The notes under the pieces were generated by a model. It was given only the letters and a program-made list of their open reading frames with translations, was not told where the DNA came from and made no database searches. A program made the translations under genes and the position numbers. A stretch of DNA of 64,000 nt, taken from positions 1-64,000 of the forward strand of contig JAQGDQ010000208.1 of NCBI GenBank assembly GCA_030141605.1. Direction: 5' to 3'. Positions within the stretch are counted from its first letter, which is position 1, and each line of letters starts with the position of its first letter. This document shows, piece after piece, positions 13,951-29,800 of the stretch. This stretch comes from Tubiluchus corallicola. Its lineage: Eukaryota > Animalia > Priapulida.

Positions 13951-14822
13951 GCCAGCTTTAGCAATTCATGAGGTGTGATATTAGAAGCTACAGCAGGACA
14001 ATGGACATATCAGCTGCGTGTCACAAACATGGCAACCGATTGTTTCAGCTAAGTTGTGACCTGCTGCTACATGAAATTTTACACAAGTTTTTACAAATAT
14101 CATTAGCGCACAAAAAGTTTATGTCCAGCATTTGCATAAATAACATATTCCGGCTTGATATTTCATTAGCTATTTGTTCAAGTAGGCAATTAATTTAACC
14201 ACTAGAGAAAAATTTGCCAGTACCCCATGAAATACCCTACATTTACTGAACAAAACAGCATAAAACACTTAATAAATTTTCGGAAAACGCACAATACCCA
14301 AAAATGATCTTGACACAAAAATGTGATCATTACAAAGCTTAAGAACCCCTCTTAATGGATCCGTAGGCTGTTTTTACCTGCAAATACTCAATGTAACAAA
14401 ATTAAGGAATGGTGTGTGGAAAGTGAAATTTCTCAATGGCTAACAAGTTGACCAGGCAGAAAAATGAAACTTGTAATTGCACTTTTTGCAGTGGTATGGA
14501 CTATTGGTAGTCTATAAGATAGATATATCTAATTTTTTAGCAAGATAGGTAATGATTTTTTTGAACATGAAATATTATTTGACATAAAAATTAGTATATT
14601 CTGAGCTCCCAAAGTTTACATGCTCACAAAAGTGTAATGCTCACTGCAATGTAAAATACAAACTACTAATGGTTGGTAATCAAGCTGATAACAGAACATT
14701 GAATTACCTAGTAAATTTTACAGAAAATGTACTGAAATATCCTAAAACTACGAAGCAAAACTCTATGAAATCGCATGTGTGATTAATAGCACCAGTGGAA
14801 ATATCAACACTCAAGAACCTTG

Positions 14823-17800
14823 CTAATCTGCATCTGGATTCTTTTTTATCAACTCCCATTTCTCTGCCGCCTTCAAGGCTCTGTCCGCTTCCTTTCGAGC
14901 CTTATCACGCATGAAATCCTGGATTTTACTCATAGCCATCAATGTTTCAAGCAACTCACCTTCAACCTGAAAAAGATAAATGTACGATGCAATGGAGCCT
15001 TGGTAAATGACATGGCTGGTTGTTTGTCCTCCAGCAAATCAATAAATACATGTTTTTTGCTGTTCTCTTATTAGATTTCTTCTTAAAACAGGCATTTAAA
15101 TCGTTATTTTGCTATTAGAATTGATAACAAAAACAGAAAAAATGTGTAATCATGAGCTATGGATTACGCCATCACAAAAAAGTCACAACTGCTGCATAAC
15201 AAAAAAAACTTTCTTGACTATTCATACCAGTATCGTTTTTAGTTTCTGTTTCATTCCTTAGGGGCTTATGTAACCATTCTAGCGATAATGGTCTTCTTCA
15301 GTCTTTACAATATATTGTCACTGTTGTATCATTCTACTAGAATTAGCCTAATTCGTAAAACAGTTAAATGAAAAAATTGGCAATTTCGTGCACTCACGAT
15401 CTTTTGACACATTTCTTTGTTCCGTTCCAAGATGTTAGCTAAAACATACATTCCTCTGTACTGTAACTCCGTATGATCATGCACAATTAACTCTTTAATG
15501 ATGTCATAGAAAGATTTTACCTACAAAAGAGAGAGGCAAAGATAAAATCAGTGTCTTTATAGAACAACACTTTTACATTGACGATTACTATGGTTAGGAG
15601 GACCGTAGTTGATCATTATCTGCCTGGAAGAATAAAATTCATCTTACCAGCAGGACCGTTATTGGTCAATCAAACCACATCTCAGTGCCAGGGCGCTCTG
15701 AAGTCGATTCTTTCAAATCTAATAGGTTTATAATTTAGCATTTAGCAAACTGTAAACAGGTGGAACATCTCATAATTGCGTATTAACACTGACTACTCTG
15801 CTACATCTTTTTTCTTTCTTGTTATTCTTACTAAACGATTTTGAACGTACTGCAAACTAGCTATTACTTTTGCAAGATGCACCAAAAGCAAGTAGAAAAT
15901 CTACTAAATGTTATCATAGTATGAAAGTCAAATAGCATTCAAAATATAGATGTTTTTGGCAAAAGAACCACAATCTAGGAAACCTAAATGCTTCTCAACA
16001 ATTCAAAAACATTTTGTACAATAAAAGCAGCTTTTTGCAGCACTGATGAGAAGCCCTGCTGCTTGCCAAAATGCCATTAAGGATGTTTCTGCTTTGACAA
16101 AACCCTGCTTTAGCAATCGCTTGTCAAAGATGTGCATTGTCCAAACAATGATTAATGTCACTAAGCCATTTTCGTATAAACACAGTCAATCAATAACATT
16201 CAGTGAAGCATAAAAGGTAAATGGACGATTGTGAATGGAAAAGGTAAATGTAAATATGAGATTTAGTAATAACAACATTGATAAAAGAAATGCACGATCA
16301 CAAGTTGCTAGTTCCACAAGCTATAATTGAGTTTTAGGGCAAATCATAGTTGCTTAAAAACTGACCTCATTGTATTGTATATGCAGATAATGAATAACTT
16401 AAAACAAATATCAAACCCGGAAAACCACTTCTTATTTCTTTTACAAACTCATTCACTACTGTGTGCTTAGAACAGGTGCATAAAAATCTCATTTTTACAT
16501 GTAAAGAGTGTTAATGAAATGTGCTGGTAATTAATTCTTACTGACAATAATCACACTTAATCATACTGACTCTTAGCCATAATTAATAATGAAGAGATGT
16601 GCAGTAATTATGCATGTATATGGTGAATCACTGGATTTATGTTTCTGCTGCTGTAACATCTCCTGTTATTTATAGTGCAATTATGAAACTAAATATGCAT
16701 GGCATTAGTGTAATTATGTGTAGTTATATGTATCAAGTAACTCAAAAAACTCTAATTAATCTCGTAATTAGCAACTTCAACTTAAATCTTTCTTACACTA
16801 CTAATTTATAGTCACACTGAATACTGTCTGCTAATGCTATAAGTTTTCAAAATTCGGCTGCAACAGTTTGGCTACACTATAATCACATGCAAATGGAAAA
16901 ATCCCAGACAGTGTGTGGTAGGTCACGACACTATTATTAATCTGAAAAATCGTTTGAAAAAATGTAAAATCTGTCAAAAGATGATTAGCATGTGAACAAG
17001 GTTCACACACTGTTCACACACTACATGATGGCATGAAAATGCCTAATAACCAAAGGAAAATCAGAGCAACATGCCAGGAAAGTCAGACAATGTGTAAAGG
17101 TGCACCTACATACAAAAGAAGCTAATTATAGTTGTTTGGGTTGTCAATTGGGAAGTAATTATATCGACCAAGCAAACGGGGAATTAAAATAAACCGAACG
17201 GCTGCATTAATTCCATTTTTCTTGGGAGCCTGCCAGGCCTGTGAACGGTGTTTTTGTGTGTGTTTAATGATGTCATTACGACAAAACTAAAATGTCTACA
17301 ATCTTTGGTAGCTCCACCAATATTAGACAAAGCCCTTGTATTAACGTATCAGAAAATCTACTCTGATTGCGTTTAAACTTTCTAACTTATTGAGCTCTGG
17401 TTTAATTACGTAAACTGAAAGTTAGCATGGTCCCATAGTCACTGAAGTAGGGCAGTAAGAATTAAAAATATTTCTTGCTTGCGAAGTAAAAAATCTCAGC
17501 TGGTATAAATAAAATGCTGAGAAATAAACTAGGCATTTCTAATACATCATACATTATTTGTGTTCGATATTGTTTTTCAACTCTTTAAACATAGCACGAA
17601 GTGACATGTTTTGATTGTAAAGACATTCTCAGTCTATGTGTTCACATCCTGATTTATAGTTGAAGAATGCAAGTGTTTTTTGCACAGTTAACAACTTGGC
17701 ACAGGTACAGCTTTATGCGTTGTAAGTCCTGATTACCCTTAGAAAAAGTAAAATGTACTGACGAGATTTTCACTGATTATACCTTATTATCATTTGCTTC

Positions 17801-20800
17801 TATATCTAAAATGGATATAGTGTGAAATGCTACTAAAATGTTTTAACTAATGTTTAACTAGTGATATGTACTACAGTTACTACTGTCTGTAAACGAGTAT
17901 GAAAAACAAATCTTACATCTGCTATTTTGGTAGTTCCCCTCTCGTCATGTGATAATATTGCAAGGCAACCAGCAGCAGCAAGAGATAGCTCTATATCATC
18001 ATCAGGATCTCCACAATACAAGACGAGCAATTTGACACGATCTGTCTCGAGTCTGAGAAACATTTCTACTGTCTGTAATAAAACATATAAAGCACCTCTT
18101 AATTACAACAGGAGCAAAAAAATTTCAAACATCATAGTTGGCATGGCATTGCAAGAAATCGTAGGTTAATATTTTAAATGTATGTGCCTTAAAAAAGCAT
18201 GCAGGTGTTTTTTGCAGAGTTAACAACTTGGCACAGACATAGCTTTATGCATTATAAGTTCTGATTACCCATAGAAAAAGCAAAAATATACTGACAAGAT
18301 TTTCACTGATTGTATATTATTGTCATTTGCTTCTATATCTTAAATGGATCTAGTGTGAAATGCTACTAAAACGTATGGTAAAATGAAATACCAGCCAACT
18401 GGCATGCTAACCTGTTCACATTGCAACATGTTAAGTATGCACTGTACAGCAGAACGTCTGATCATCTCGTGTTCCTCGTAACACCAGTGTTCAATCTTAC
18501 TTAAACCATCTTCTGTTATAATCCTCTGTCTAAAAAAATGAAAATATAAGTGACTAATAGGATGTAAGTAACTTGATAAAAGTGATTTCAACCATGCAAA
18601 ATAACCAATGTATAACATACCAAACACTCAGTGGTATGCGTGCGTGTGAGTGCACGCGTGTGTATATACACGCATGCACGCACGCACACACACAAATATA
18701 TATATATTCAGACCAAGGAATATGTGTGTGTGTGTGTGTGTATCACGAAAAACACAGAAAAGCAGGCCAAAATAAGCGAAGTAAAACTACCAATAAACAC
18801 ACAAATGCTCACTAAAAATAGCTCAATTTAAAACACCAGTAGCTTAAAAAACGTTACTAGCAAATGACAATTTACACTAGTTTGTAGGATTAAAAGATGA
18901 ATAATCTGTTTGCGTGAAACTTGTCAAATATTTCTTCTCACAGCTACTCAATAAGCAGTGAATTCAAGTAGTGACATTTTCACAAAAGTTAACATACAGA
19001 ACAGGTTGCTATCAAGTCAAACCAATGGAGATTTGTACATACCTTACGCTGTTACTCACAGTAGCTAAGTTTGTGAGAGCCATGAGTGCTTCAAAATTCG
19101 CCAGTCCAGTTTGATCTGGATGCAACAATCCAATCAGCGGTCTGACAATCTCACAACACTTTGTTCAATATAAAAAAGTAATTAATGATAGCATTGGAAT
19201 AATAGTTTATCAAATGATAATATACAATAATCAAATGACGACTAGAAATTGAATGCAAGTGTTGCCACTGGTCTAGAAACCTATCTGCACATTGTGCAAG
19301 CAGAATGCTGTTTCAGAAAAAGGGTTATCTTTACGAGGCAAGCATACAAGTTTATCATGGTTGGGATGACAAAAATTTTAATATAATAATTTGGGTTACT
19401 AGTAACCCAAGTAAGGAAAAAAATCAAAACCAAACAATCATCGTCAAGTGAGAAAACGCATCGTTGCTAAACTGTGCGTCGTTACAGAAAGACTTACTGA
19501 ATAATCAATAATCAATTAATTTTAACAGTTGCCTCTGTGACAATTGTTCAGCCAAACATTTGCCCGTTCTCTGCTATGTTAATGATAAAATAAAATCTAG
19601 GATAATAGAAAAATAAAGTTAGATCGAATCGCTGTAAATATAAGTTTTATTTAACTTGAACTCAATTAGTTACTGAAGCAATATACGGCAGTAAAACGTT
19701 AAGATTGTTTCACACTAACCCGTTGTCCTGGGAAAGCAATTTGTGGGTTGTTTGTGATTGCAATGCGCGCCAAAGCGTGAGCCGCTAAGGACTTTGCTTT
19801 TGGAGTTCCTTCAGTAGCAATAGGTAACAACACCTGAAAATTGACATTTAAATTTAGCAAAATTATGAATATTTAGCATTACAGTTTTTCCCATTTTGCA
19901 CCCAAGCAGCACAATGTTCACATTAAGTAAAAATTTAGTTGAAATTTACCTTTGCACCGCCTTGTTGCACAATTATACCTCGATGCTCTTTGGCTTCTGT
20001 TACAGCAAAGAATACCCTATTACAAAAATAAATTCAAAATGCAATGATTTCTTAAAACAAGGCAAAACAGTGCCAAAAAAGCCAAAAGCATAAAATGTTT
20101 GTTATCATAATATTATAACCTTGTTGACAACATTATGAATAACCAAGCTTCTGGTGGAAGAACAATGTTTCTTGCATTTTCCAATTTCTATCCTTAAATA
20201 AGTTATAAAATAAAAAAGTGCAAATATGCATATGTAAACAAATGAAAAGGAATACCAGACCCAATTTCAAAAATTATAGCTCAAAACAATCTACCCTATA
20301 AAATATTGAAAAGGAACACACTATTTTTATCAAGAATTGTTACCGCAGAGATATAATTTTGCATTCACGTGGTTAATTCTTCACTGTTGCATGCATTTTG
20401 CCATTTGCTAGTTAAATAGGCACTATAGCCTACATGCCGGAAATGTGTTACACAAAAAAGCAGATGCCATTCCTCCCCAATGTTTACAGTTGTTCAGTTG
20501 TGATGTAGTGTGTTCGAGAGTACATGAATGCATGATCACAGCAGTAAACATGAAATTTGAATTTTAAACTTCAAATTTGCTGCACTTTTGTATATCACAC
20601 TAAATGTTGTACTTTTACAAACACATGCAGCACACTCATGGAATGCTTGTTCTGTTAAAAACTCAGTTACAATGTCATCAATAGTTGGGCTTGCTCATTA
20701 TTAATTAAGTTTTTAACTTATTATTTAATTATCAAAAGTGCTCTGAATTTTTATAACAGTAAAAATAATTATTATTACCGTACTTCAAAATGGGGATGAT

Positions 20801-23800
20801 ATGAAAATTCATCCTATTTCCCTTTACATTTGCTGAAGCTTTTGACACAGTCTTTTCTTTTGATACAAGTTTTCTGTTAATTTGAGTGAAGATAAAATAC
20901 TGGACAACCACTCATTCAACCTACATTAATAACAACTGTGCTCATGTTCTAGCTGCTAGAATTTGCCATGAAGTATTACGAGAAACGCTGCCTTACCTTG
21001 CAATGTTTTCTTTGGTACTGTAGCTGTTACTCTTTGAAACTCCAACCAACGCACTTATGACATTATTTTTTACGAGAATTTGCACTCGTTTATCAGCATA
21101 CTCTTTCGCATCCTGAAAGAAGTTTATTCATGCAACATGTTTACAGACACTAATGAAAGATGCAATTCATATATTAATGAGAACTTTGTGAATGTGTGTG
21201 TTTTGTATTAACACAGATAAGAAAATTTTCATATAATTTTTACTTTTTAAGTACATACATTTCCTCTGTTTATGTTCCACTATGGTTTCACCTAGCACTT
21301 GATTCGATAGTTTCAATTTAATGCCTGTCCTTAATGGACTACCAAGAAAAACGGAAAGGAAAACCTTATTTTGACATTGTTGTTATGCAATCGATTATTC
21401 TCGGTCACATAGCTGACTACTAATGATGTAAGTAATGGCCATTGCTGGCAGATAAAACACAGTAAATACAAATCAAAGTTGAATTAATATCAGAGCATTA
21501 TAATAATTATTTCAGTTTAATCTTCAATTATGCACAAAAATGTCTTTGCATGGCCTTTGCTAGTTAAATAATTAATTGGGTAGCTTTCTTCATTGTTAAG
21601 TTGATTTTCTACTGGTATGTAACCATACATCTACTAACATACTACAAACAGCCAGTTATTTAAAATTAAGTGTTTTCAAAAACAATTTTGCAAATCCATG
21701 TCAAACAGCACAGATAAAAAACCACCAACTTTCTTCTTCTAGTATGTTAAGCAGATTATTAAACTGACTAATCACTTTTTCAATTTTCCTCTCCGCTTAT
21801 GTACGTGAGACAATACACGCTGCCTTCTATATTCATTATAATCTGTTAAGCTGGAGTTACAGTAGCACTTACAGCTTGCTGCCTCAGCTAAATGAACAGA
21901 AACTACTCAAAGGTTTGCAAGCTTAACTATCACTTGCAGAATGTAACGTAATGTTGCAGATAAGAAAGTGAAACAATTCGATAATTCAAAGTGTAAACAC
22001 AATTTAAAAACCAATGACTAAAACTATGCCGGACTCAAATTTTTAAAATGACAGCTTACAAATTCATGCTCCTCCGGTACATGTTTTTTAGCGAAGTTTG
22101 CGAGCTCCACCATCTCTGGTTCAACTTCAGTTTTGTCGTAACTGTTGGTGAGATTGACTAGTACTGATGATATGCTGAACACTCCCATCTCATCAGTGTG
22201 CTGAAAAAGTGCATAATAAATGCTTAGCAAAAATAACTGCCACGTGTCTAGGAAACGTGCACAATAATATCTGTTCTCAAAGTAAGGCTTTTTTAGGAAA
22301 TAAACAACAGGTGTTGAAAGAATTGTAGAAGGAATTAAATTAGTAAAGTCTGTAACAGTTCAATTTACAGACATGGAAGAAGTTTGGTATCCCAGTGAAA
22401 AGTATTAACTTTTTTTTACATACTTTTTTATTTAAGCAGTATTGACTTACTTTAACCAGCAGATAGGCAGTTGCTGCTGTTTACTTGTTTTGAGTTACAA
22501 TAATAATAATAACAGTATATTCATAAAGATGTTGAAAAATAAACTGAATGAAAAGAGCTAAATAAAGTTTTGTGCTACATGGTTTTGTTTACCTTTGATA
22601 ATTCAACAATGGCTCTAAGTGCTTCTATATCCCCAATGATCAGTTCTTTTACGTCAGCATCAAGAGACAGATAAAGTAAACCTTCTGTAGCCCACTTACG
22701 CAGATCTGTATCCTTTCTGGGATTTTTTAAAAAACTGCAACAGACAGAATATTATACATACAATAAAAATAATAATTAGCAAGTTAACAAGGTTAAAACA
22801 TTTTATGAAAAAACTGGATAACAAAGTGTATAGATCTTTTGCCATCACCTCCCTAAGAGTTTTTGGTATTTAAGCCGCAGACAAAACTGTTACTAAGTGC
22901 TATTGCAGTTATCAGTGCTACCATGGTGAGATAACAGCATTAGCAACAGATCAATTAATTGTTATTTAAAACAGATAGAATGGTTTCTAAACTGGGAAAG
23001 GTACGATTTACAGCCAAATGAACTAACCAAAAATGAAAAGAAATAAAAACAGCAAAGAATCACAGCATAAAGAACAAGAATATGTAAAGGAAGCATATAA
23101 TTGTTAGTCTCTTCTGTGCAATTTAGCACCCTCGACAAAATGATATTAGTATAGTTATGTAACCTTACTTCAGACAAGCAGTAGCTAATTTCACTGTGCT
23201 GCCCTCTGCCAAAGGCCTGCTTGCTGCATCGGTACCGCCCGATGATCCAGCTTTACACAAAGCCTGTCACATAAAAATCAAATCAAACAGTTTTGAAAAT
23301 AAATAAACTTTAACACAACTTGCAATGAGGACTCTTTCACAACTAACTGACATTTTTATATCACAGATAAGTTTTTACATTTACATGAGTTGAGCTCATA
23401 CAAATATTGGAACACCCCTATTGGGGATTTAGTTAAAAGTAGAGTTGAAGATATGATAACTACATCGAATAAAACTGAAACTGCTAAGTAACATTGAATG
23501 TAAGAATGAGTTTTATTTAAAAATTGGCATTTAATGTGAAAGGCAACGTGCGCAGTTTATCACTGGTTATTTCTACATATAGAACAGACCTATACACAAC
23601 CATATGCGACTAGAATACCACCGACAGTGCCAAATATTTCACTTAAAGGACTCTCCTTGAAAAAACAACTTTCACTCCAACCACAACCAGCTACATTAAA
23701 CTCACTCTGTTGCCGAATGCTCGATCTTGGCTTGCAGCACGACAAAATGTACAAAAACGAAAAAAGACAATGTGCAATACTCACTGCCAAAGCTCGAACT

Positions 23801-26800
23801 CTGATGTGATCGTCCTGGGACTGATACAGCTTCTTCAAGATGGCGCTGCCTTGATTTACAACTGCTGTACTTTTGTCTGGTTTTGAAGCGGCTTGAATGA
23901 TTGCTTCAACAGCCACTTTCTTTAAAATTAGACAAAAAAAGAAAATGTAAAAAATTATCAGTTTAAGTACAACTGTCACAAAAACATACGTAAGAGCAGC
24001 CAATGAAAAAAAAACTTTTATGCAATAAGAAATCAAATACCATATTTGCAAACAGTTCACAATTACTGGTAATTTGTCATTTGTCAGATAAGCTGGTCAT
24101 AATTTTATACAAAAATGCACTGGGGAATTGAAATAACTGGCAAGTCAAATTACATTGTGAAGGCGTGCCATACGTCTAATTGTAATCAAAAGATTAGTGA
24201 GATAGTTAAATTTAAAATGTTCTGGTGACTGGCGAAAAATGTTCACGACTTTATGTCAGTTCAACTGTAGTTAGAAGACTAAAGTCATCAGTATGTCAGT
24301 ACATTTACGAAGAGAATAATCAGACAAAAGAGAATTTTTCAGGAGTCAAAAAACAGTTGAGGCAGAACTGTCTGCCATTTTATAACAAACTACACAAAAA
24401 ATAAAATATGAAAAATTGAAAATTACTTGTTGCAATGTGTCTTCCGATCCTGCCATTACTAACATGATCTCAAGGAAACCCTTTGTCCCAAGTATGCTAT
24501 TACCAACATCAAATGGCCCCTGTAACAAATGAAGACTTTATTGTCAGTGTATTTTGAAAAACAAACCCATGTTATCCTAGGAACATTTGTATCTTTCTCA
24601 GTGAGTTTCTGGAGAATAACAATTTTCTATTATTGCAAAATAATAGTTAGTAACAAATTCAGGTTTTTGTGGTGGCATCGTCAACATGAAAGACAAATAG
24701 AATGTAATAAAACTTTGGGTCCTGACGGTATTACTTACAACTTTTTAAAGAACTGTGCAGATGACTTGATGATTGCACCCATGTAGATTCTTTAACACAA
24801 ATTCGCCCAGTGGTTATATACCAAGAGCCTGGAAGAATGTCACTGTCTCCCCTATATACAAGGGGAACGAGAAAGATAGTGATTTGTTTGACAGTTATCG
24901 GTTCAGTCACATGTGCTATTGTTACGGAGAAAATCATAGCTGATTCAATTGTTAATTACCTTGAAAGCCGGGTAATCAGTAAACTTGGTTTCTTAAAAAC
25001 CTAGATATGATGCTCAGTATGCTATGTTATACGACCAGTAGTGCAGAATATTAGACGAACACTGTCAGCTACGCAGTGACGCTGTATTTATAGATTTTTC
25101 TTCTAGAGCATTTGGCATAGTGTTACATGCAAGGTTACATGCTGGTATATGTGGACAATAAGTTTTTTTGTTCCACAGACTGCAACATCTGATATATCAC
25201 AGCACATTCCATCTGGATACCTGAAACACCTGGGGTGCACTAAGGTTCCATTCTTGGACCCTGCCATGTTTTTGTTGCACTCGAATTTCCTAAATGAAGT
25301 TATATCACAAGACACACATTATGCAATAAGCTGATGATATTATTACACATAAGGTCATAGGAAAACCTAAATACACTATTTGCTTTTAAAGTAATTTGAC
25401 TAGAATTCATGATGTTTGCCAAAATAAAAAACTGTTCTTGAATCTTAATAAAACTGAACCTCTTGTTAAAAAATTCTAACCTTACAACATCAAATACACC
25501 ATTAATGAAAATATAGTAACAGAAGTACCAACTCATAAACACTTAGGGTTCACCAGCCCAATGATATCAACAAAGAATATCCAAAAAGCAAAAATCTGAT
25601 GCCAACCCAGAAGGATACTTGGTTTCATCATTAGGCCCAGCAGGTGTGAAAATGTTTGCACTTTCAAACTATTATCGAAGAAGCAACACATTGCACACAG
25701 GAACAAAATTCTTTATCTTGCTTTTTATTCTTTAATAGGCAGATTTTAGAGCACTGCTCTGCAATCTGTCCCCACCCACACAACATCGGGAATACGTTAA
25801 AAACTGACACATTTCAAACAAAGACTACAAGATACATGTGTAATTGTGTATTCTTGACAGGCGTCAAATAACTGACTGCAGTACTAGGTCAAGAACTTTT
25901 AGACTTAAAAGCCTTAAACGTCACAAAAACCTGTCTTTGGTCACATTTGGTTTTAAAGCTTTAAATGGCATGTTGAGACATAGTCTGGACAGATCTGCCA
26001 CGTTGAGCAGGTGTTTGTTTAGACACATGAATAGTTTTTCACGTCTCAGTGGAACGACCTGCCACAAATTATCATCTAAACACAATTCCTTGAAATGTTC
26101 TGAAGTAGTGCAACTATTTAGTATCTAGATTATGAGCATTTACCATAAAAATTGCGAGTACATGAAATTTCTGTTATTAATTATATATTTTTAATATTAA
26201 TTGTATTTATTGAATGTATCTGTTTAAAATGCTTTTCTGTCTGGATGACGGACACTTTTCACTGGCCAGGGATTTGTTACTGTGCTGCTACTCTCGAAAC
26301 ACAGAACAGCTTTTTACAGGATTTGTTTGTTTATTTGTGAATTTATTCTGTTCACGTGCTATATATAACTGTATACGTATGGTTTGTTAGGTGCCAAATA
26401 AATCTGGAATGAAATAATTTCAGGTTCGCTAAAAGTTTAGTAAATTGGAAAACAATTTATAACCGAAAAATTGTAGAACACTATAGTAACTAGGCAACAG
26501 CACACGACCATGAAAATTGTATGTCGTTGGTTAAACAAGCAGTCATAAATACTATAATATTATATTGTCACGGCAGAAAGTGTCAGGAACTCTTAGGAAA
26601 ACCTAAAGGCAATGCAAGTTAACACCACACAATTCTGGAATGATAGAAATGTCAAAAGTGGAAATAAACTCGCAGTGTACCTGAAGAAGTGTGGTTAAAC
26701 AAACAACACACTTGACTTTGGCATTGATGTCTTGCAAGTCTTTTAACAATGTCCTACATAAAAAATGTATAAAACAGTGTTTGTATAAAACATTGTCAAA

Positions 26801-29800
26801 ACATATATATTTTACACACACAGAATCAAGTACTTATGATGATTAATTTGCAACTCATGACAGTTTTGGAGGTAATCAAACCGAGATATTTCGATAATCC
26901 AACTCAATAATCAAGTTAATTCGAACACACGATTTGCAAAATAGATTGCTTATTCTTCATACCAGATTAATTAAGAACTCAATATAATTTTGGTAGCAAA
27001 CTACTGCTAAAACACAGAAATATGTACTTGAAGGAATAGGCAAAGTTTCACTCAGTTTTCATTAACAGATAGTATTGCCAGATGCTTGATTTTGGGCTGT
27101 CTCATCATGGAGGCAACCCGGTTTTTTATAGTTTCTGTTCACAAAAAATCATAGACTAAAATGGAAAGTTACTCGATTTTAACATCATTTAAAAAATATA
27201 ATATACTTCCCTGCTAAGAAGCTAATATTTGTGTTATAAACACTGCTTTCACTGTCACATAAACAAAGCATGAGACATGAACAAGGAACATACCTAAAGT
27301 TATATTACATCAAAGTAAAAAACAAAAAAATCCGTAGATTTGGGACTGCGTCACTACCTCTGAATCAGTCAGCATTCACTCTATTCAATGCCAGAGCAGG
27401 GCTAGATGTGCTTAAGCTTTTTTTTATTTATTAGCTCTTCAACCATTTTACTTACCACACAAGTGACATAACTTACATGATGAAATCATCACACTGTTCT
27501 CTGAACCTAGCTCGTTCCTTATCACTTTCCAAGTCATTATAAATGTTATTGAGGCACAAAGCGACATGTCCACGCGTGTCTTTGGTAATTGGCAGATCAG
27601 TTAACTCCAATAAGCAACTTCCCACCTTGAGAAGTTCCCATATTCCTGAAAAAAAAAACAGAAATTTTGAAAGGAACACCCATAAGCCAAAAACATTTTT
27701 CTGGAAGTGTCGTAATATTGAACTACTAGCTTTGGCTCTCCTCTTTTTCATTCAAATTAAGGAAAGTCTCACCTTTGTCATCAAGGAAACGTCGAATCCA
27801 GTCAATGCCATCCGTCTGTGGAACAAGTTTCAACAGCAAATCGATGACAGCGTCGCGACCATATCCGGATAATTTTGGATCAGCCACTAATTGCGTCATA
27901 GTCTTCATAATGGCACCAATGGCTTTAATGTTTGCTGAAAAACAAAGAAAAAATATTGATTATTAACGACTCTAATTATAACTGCACATACTTCAACATT
28001 GAGTGTTCATAGAAATTGAAATTAAACAAACAACAAATTACAAATTTTTCTTTCTACAGCTAATTCTAAAAAATAAAATTTTAAACATGGAACATTACCA
28101 ATGCAGGATTAAATGGAAAGAAGTTAAACGAATAATGAACTGAACCATTTACATATGGATCAAAGTCAGTAGAATTATTGCAGTGAGCAACTAAATTCTT
28201 AAATGATCACATTTATGCAGGGCCTTTTTAGCAGAATCATAGGCCACCAGGCAAAACAGTGTACCTAGGTATAAATTAAGCAACACATATGTTTGAACAA
28301 TATCACATATAAATTATACTCAAAATGATAGACCACAACAGATGGAAATGACACAGTATGGACTAACAAGTATTTATAGTTTAGTATACTATAGTACAGT
28401 AGTCGCCACTTAATAAACTCACTTTGGGACCGAAGTGTTTTGGCCCAATTAACAGACGGGTATAGTATTACAGGTATCGAGGTATGAGTCATCAGCTTAC
28501 TATGCACACCAACGGTTTTTAATAAATTTTAGAAACGAACTAGTCCCTAAATTCCTTTTTGCGCAGTTAAAAATTAGAAAAAATATTTTAAAATATTAAT
28601 TTATATAAGTGAATTAGTAATAAGTTAAAAAGTATACTTTTCTAAATCACAGACTTTTTCAAGTCTGTTTATTTGCAAAAATTACAAAAATTCCTTTAAG
28701 GTCATCTACTTCATTTTCTTCCGAAGAAGTTGGCCCACAAAGTCCTCGTAACTATAGAAACGTTGAAAATCTGTTGTTGTGCATGACTAAAACAGTTCTG
28801 AATCGTCTGCTCACTTACATTGCTCTTATTTGCTGTACGATGTTTATTCTTGTAAGTCATAAGGAATACTGGCTGATTACTGTACCTGCATCTTTGACTA
28901 TTAACTCATTAAGCCTGAAAATGTGATTTGCAACTAGTGCATCAAAAGGTTCCAGACATTTTTTGGGTAACGAGGTTAATTGCAGTGGGCGAGCGGATAA
29001 CAGATTCAAAGCAAAACCACTAGCATATTAGCGCATGATAAACGTACCCATTTGCAAACAAAACTTAACATGATTGTTTCTACATATATAATGCACAAAA
29101 GGGAAAATGACATAAAAGTAGGAAAGGATGTTTGGGCACATACAAATGTCTTATTTTAAGTATGCGAAGGAAAAATATTGAGTCAATTAAGCAAAGTTAT
29201 TTGAGTCAATTACTATTAGTTAATGACTTAAAAAAATGAATAGAAACGGCCCGTTCCAGGCGTTTCTGCATCAATTAAGCAATTGAATCTATTAACCGTG
29301 AGTCTATTAAGTGGCGACTACTGTATTTATTTACTGACAGCAAGTCACAACAAACATAGACTAGCATGAAGCCCCTATGCTCATGCCCAGTGTGCCAATG
29401 CACTAAGACAGTCCTGCATTTACATAGAATAAATGTTAATCGTGAAAAGCCATTATTAATAAACCCAGTGATATATGCTAAACAAAAATTAAACCAAACT
29501 TTTAGTGAAGAAAATGCTAAAAATATATAAACCAGTCACGGCTTGAAGCCAAGACTTTGCAAACAGACCTCACTTGTTCCACATTCACTGAATGATCGAC
29601 TCATACAGCAAAGCAGCTCTGAATTTTCATCCTTGTTTCAACATTTTCTTCAATTTAATAATTAGGCAGTAGATTAATTGTTGTTCCACAGAAACCATTA
29701 GGTTTAATAATCACTTTTAGGACCTACTGTTGACAACTGAATTGATTAACTAATTCATCTGAAATACAAACTACAACAATATACAGTCAATAATAAAACA

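Noticed and set aside
14811-14825. UNC-45 stop context TAG-CAA suggesting readthrough
   Set aside because: It is only a partial match to CARYYA, and the extension would be 4 residues with no recognisable signal.
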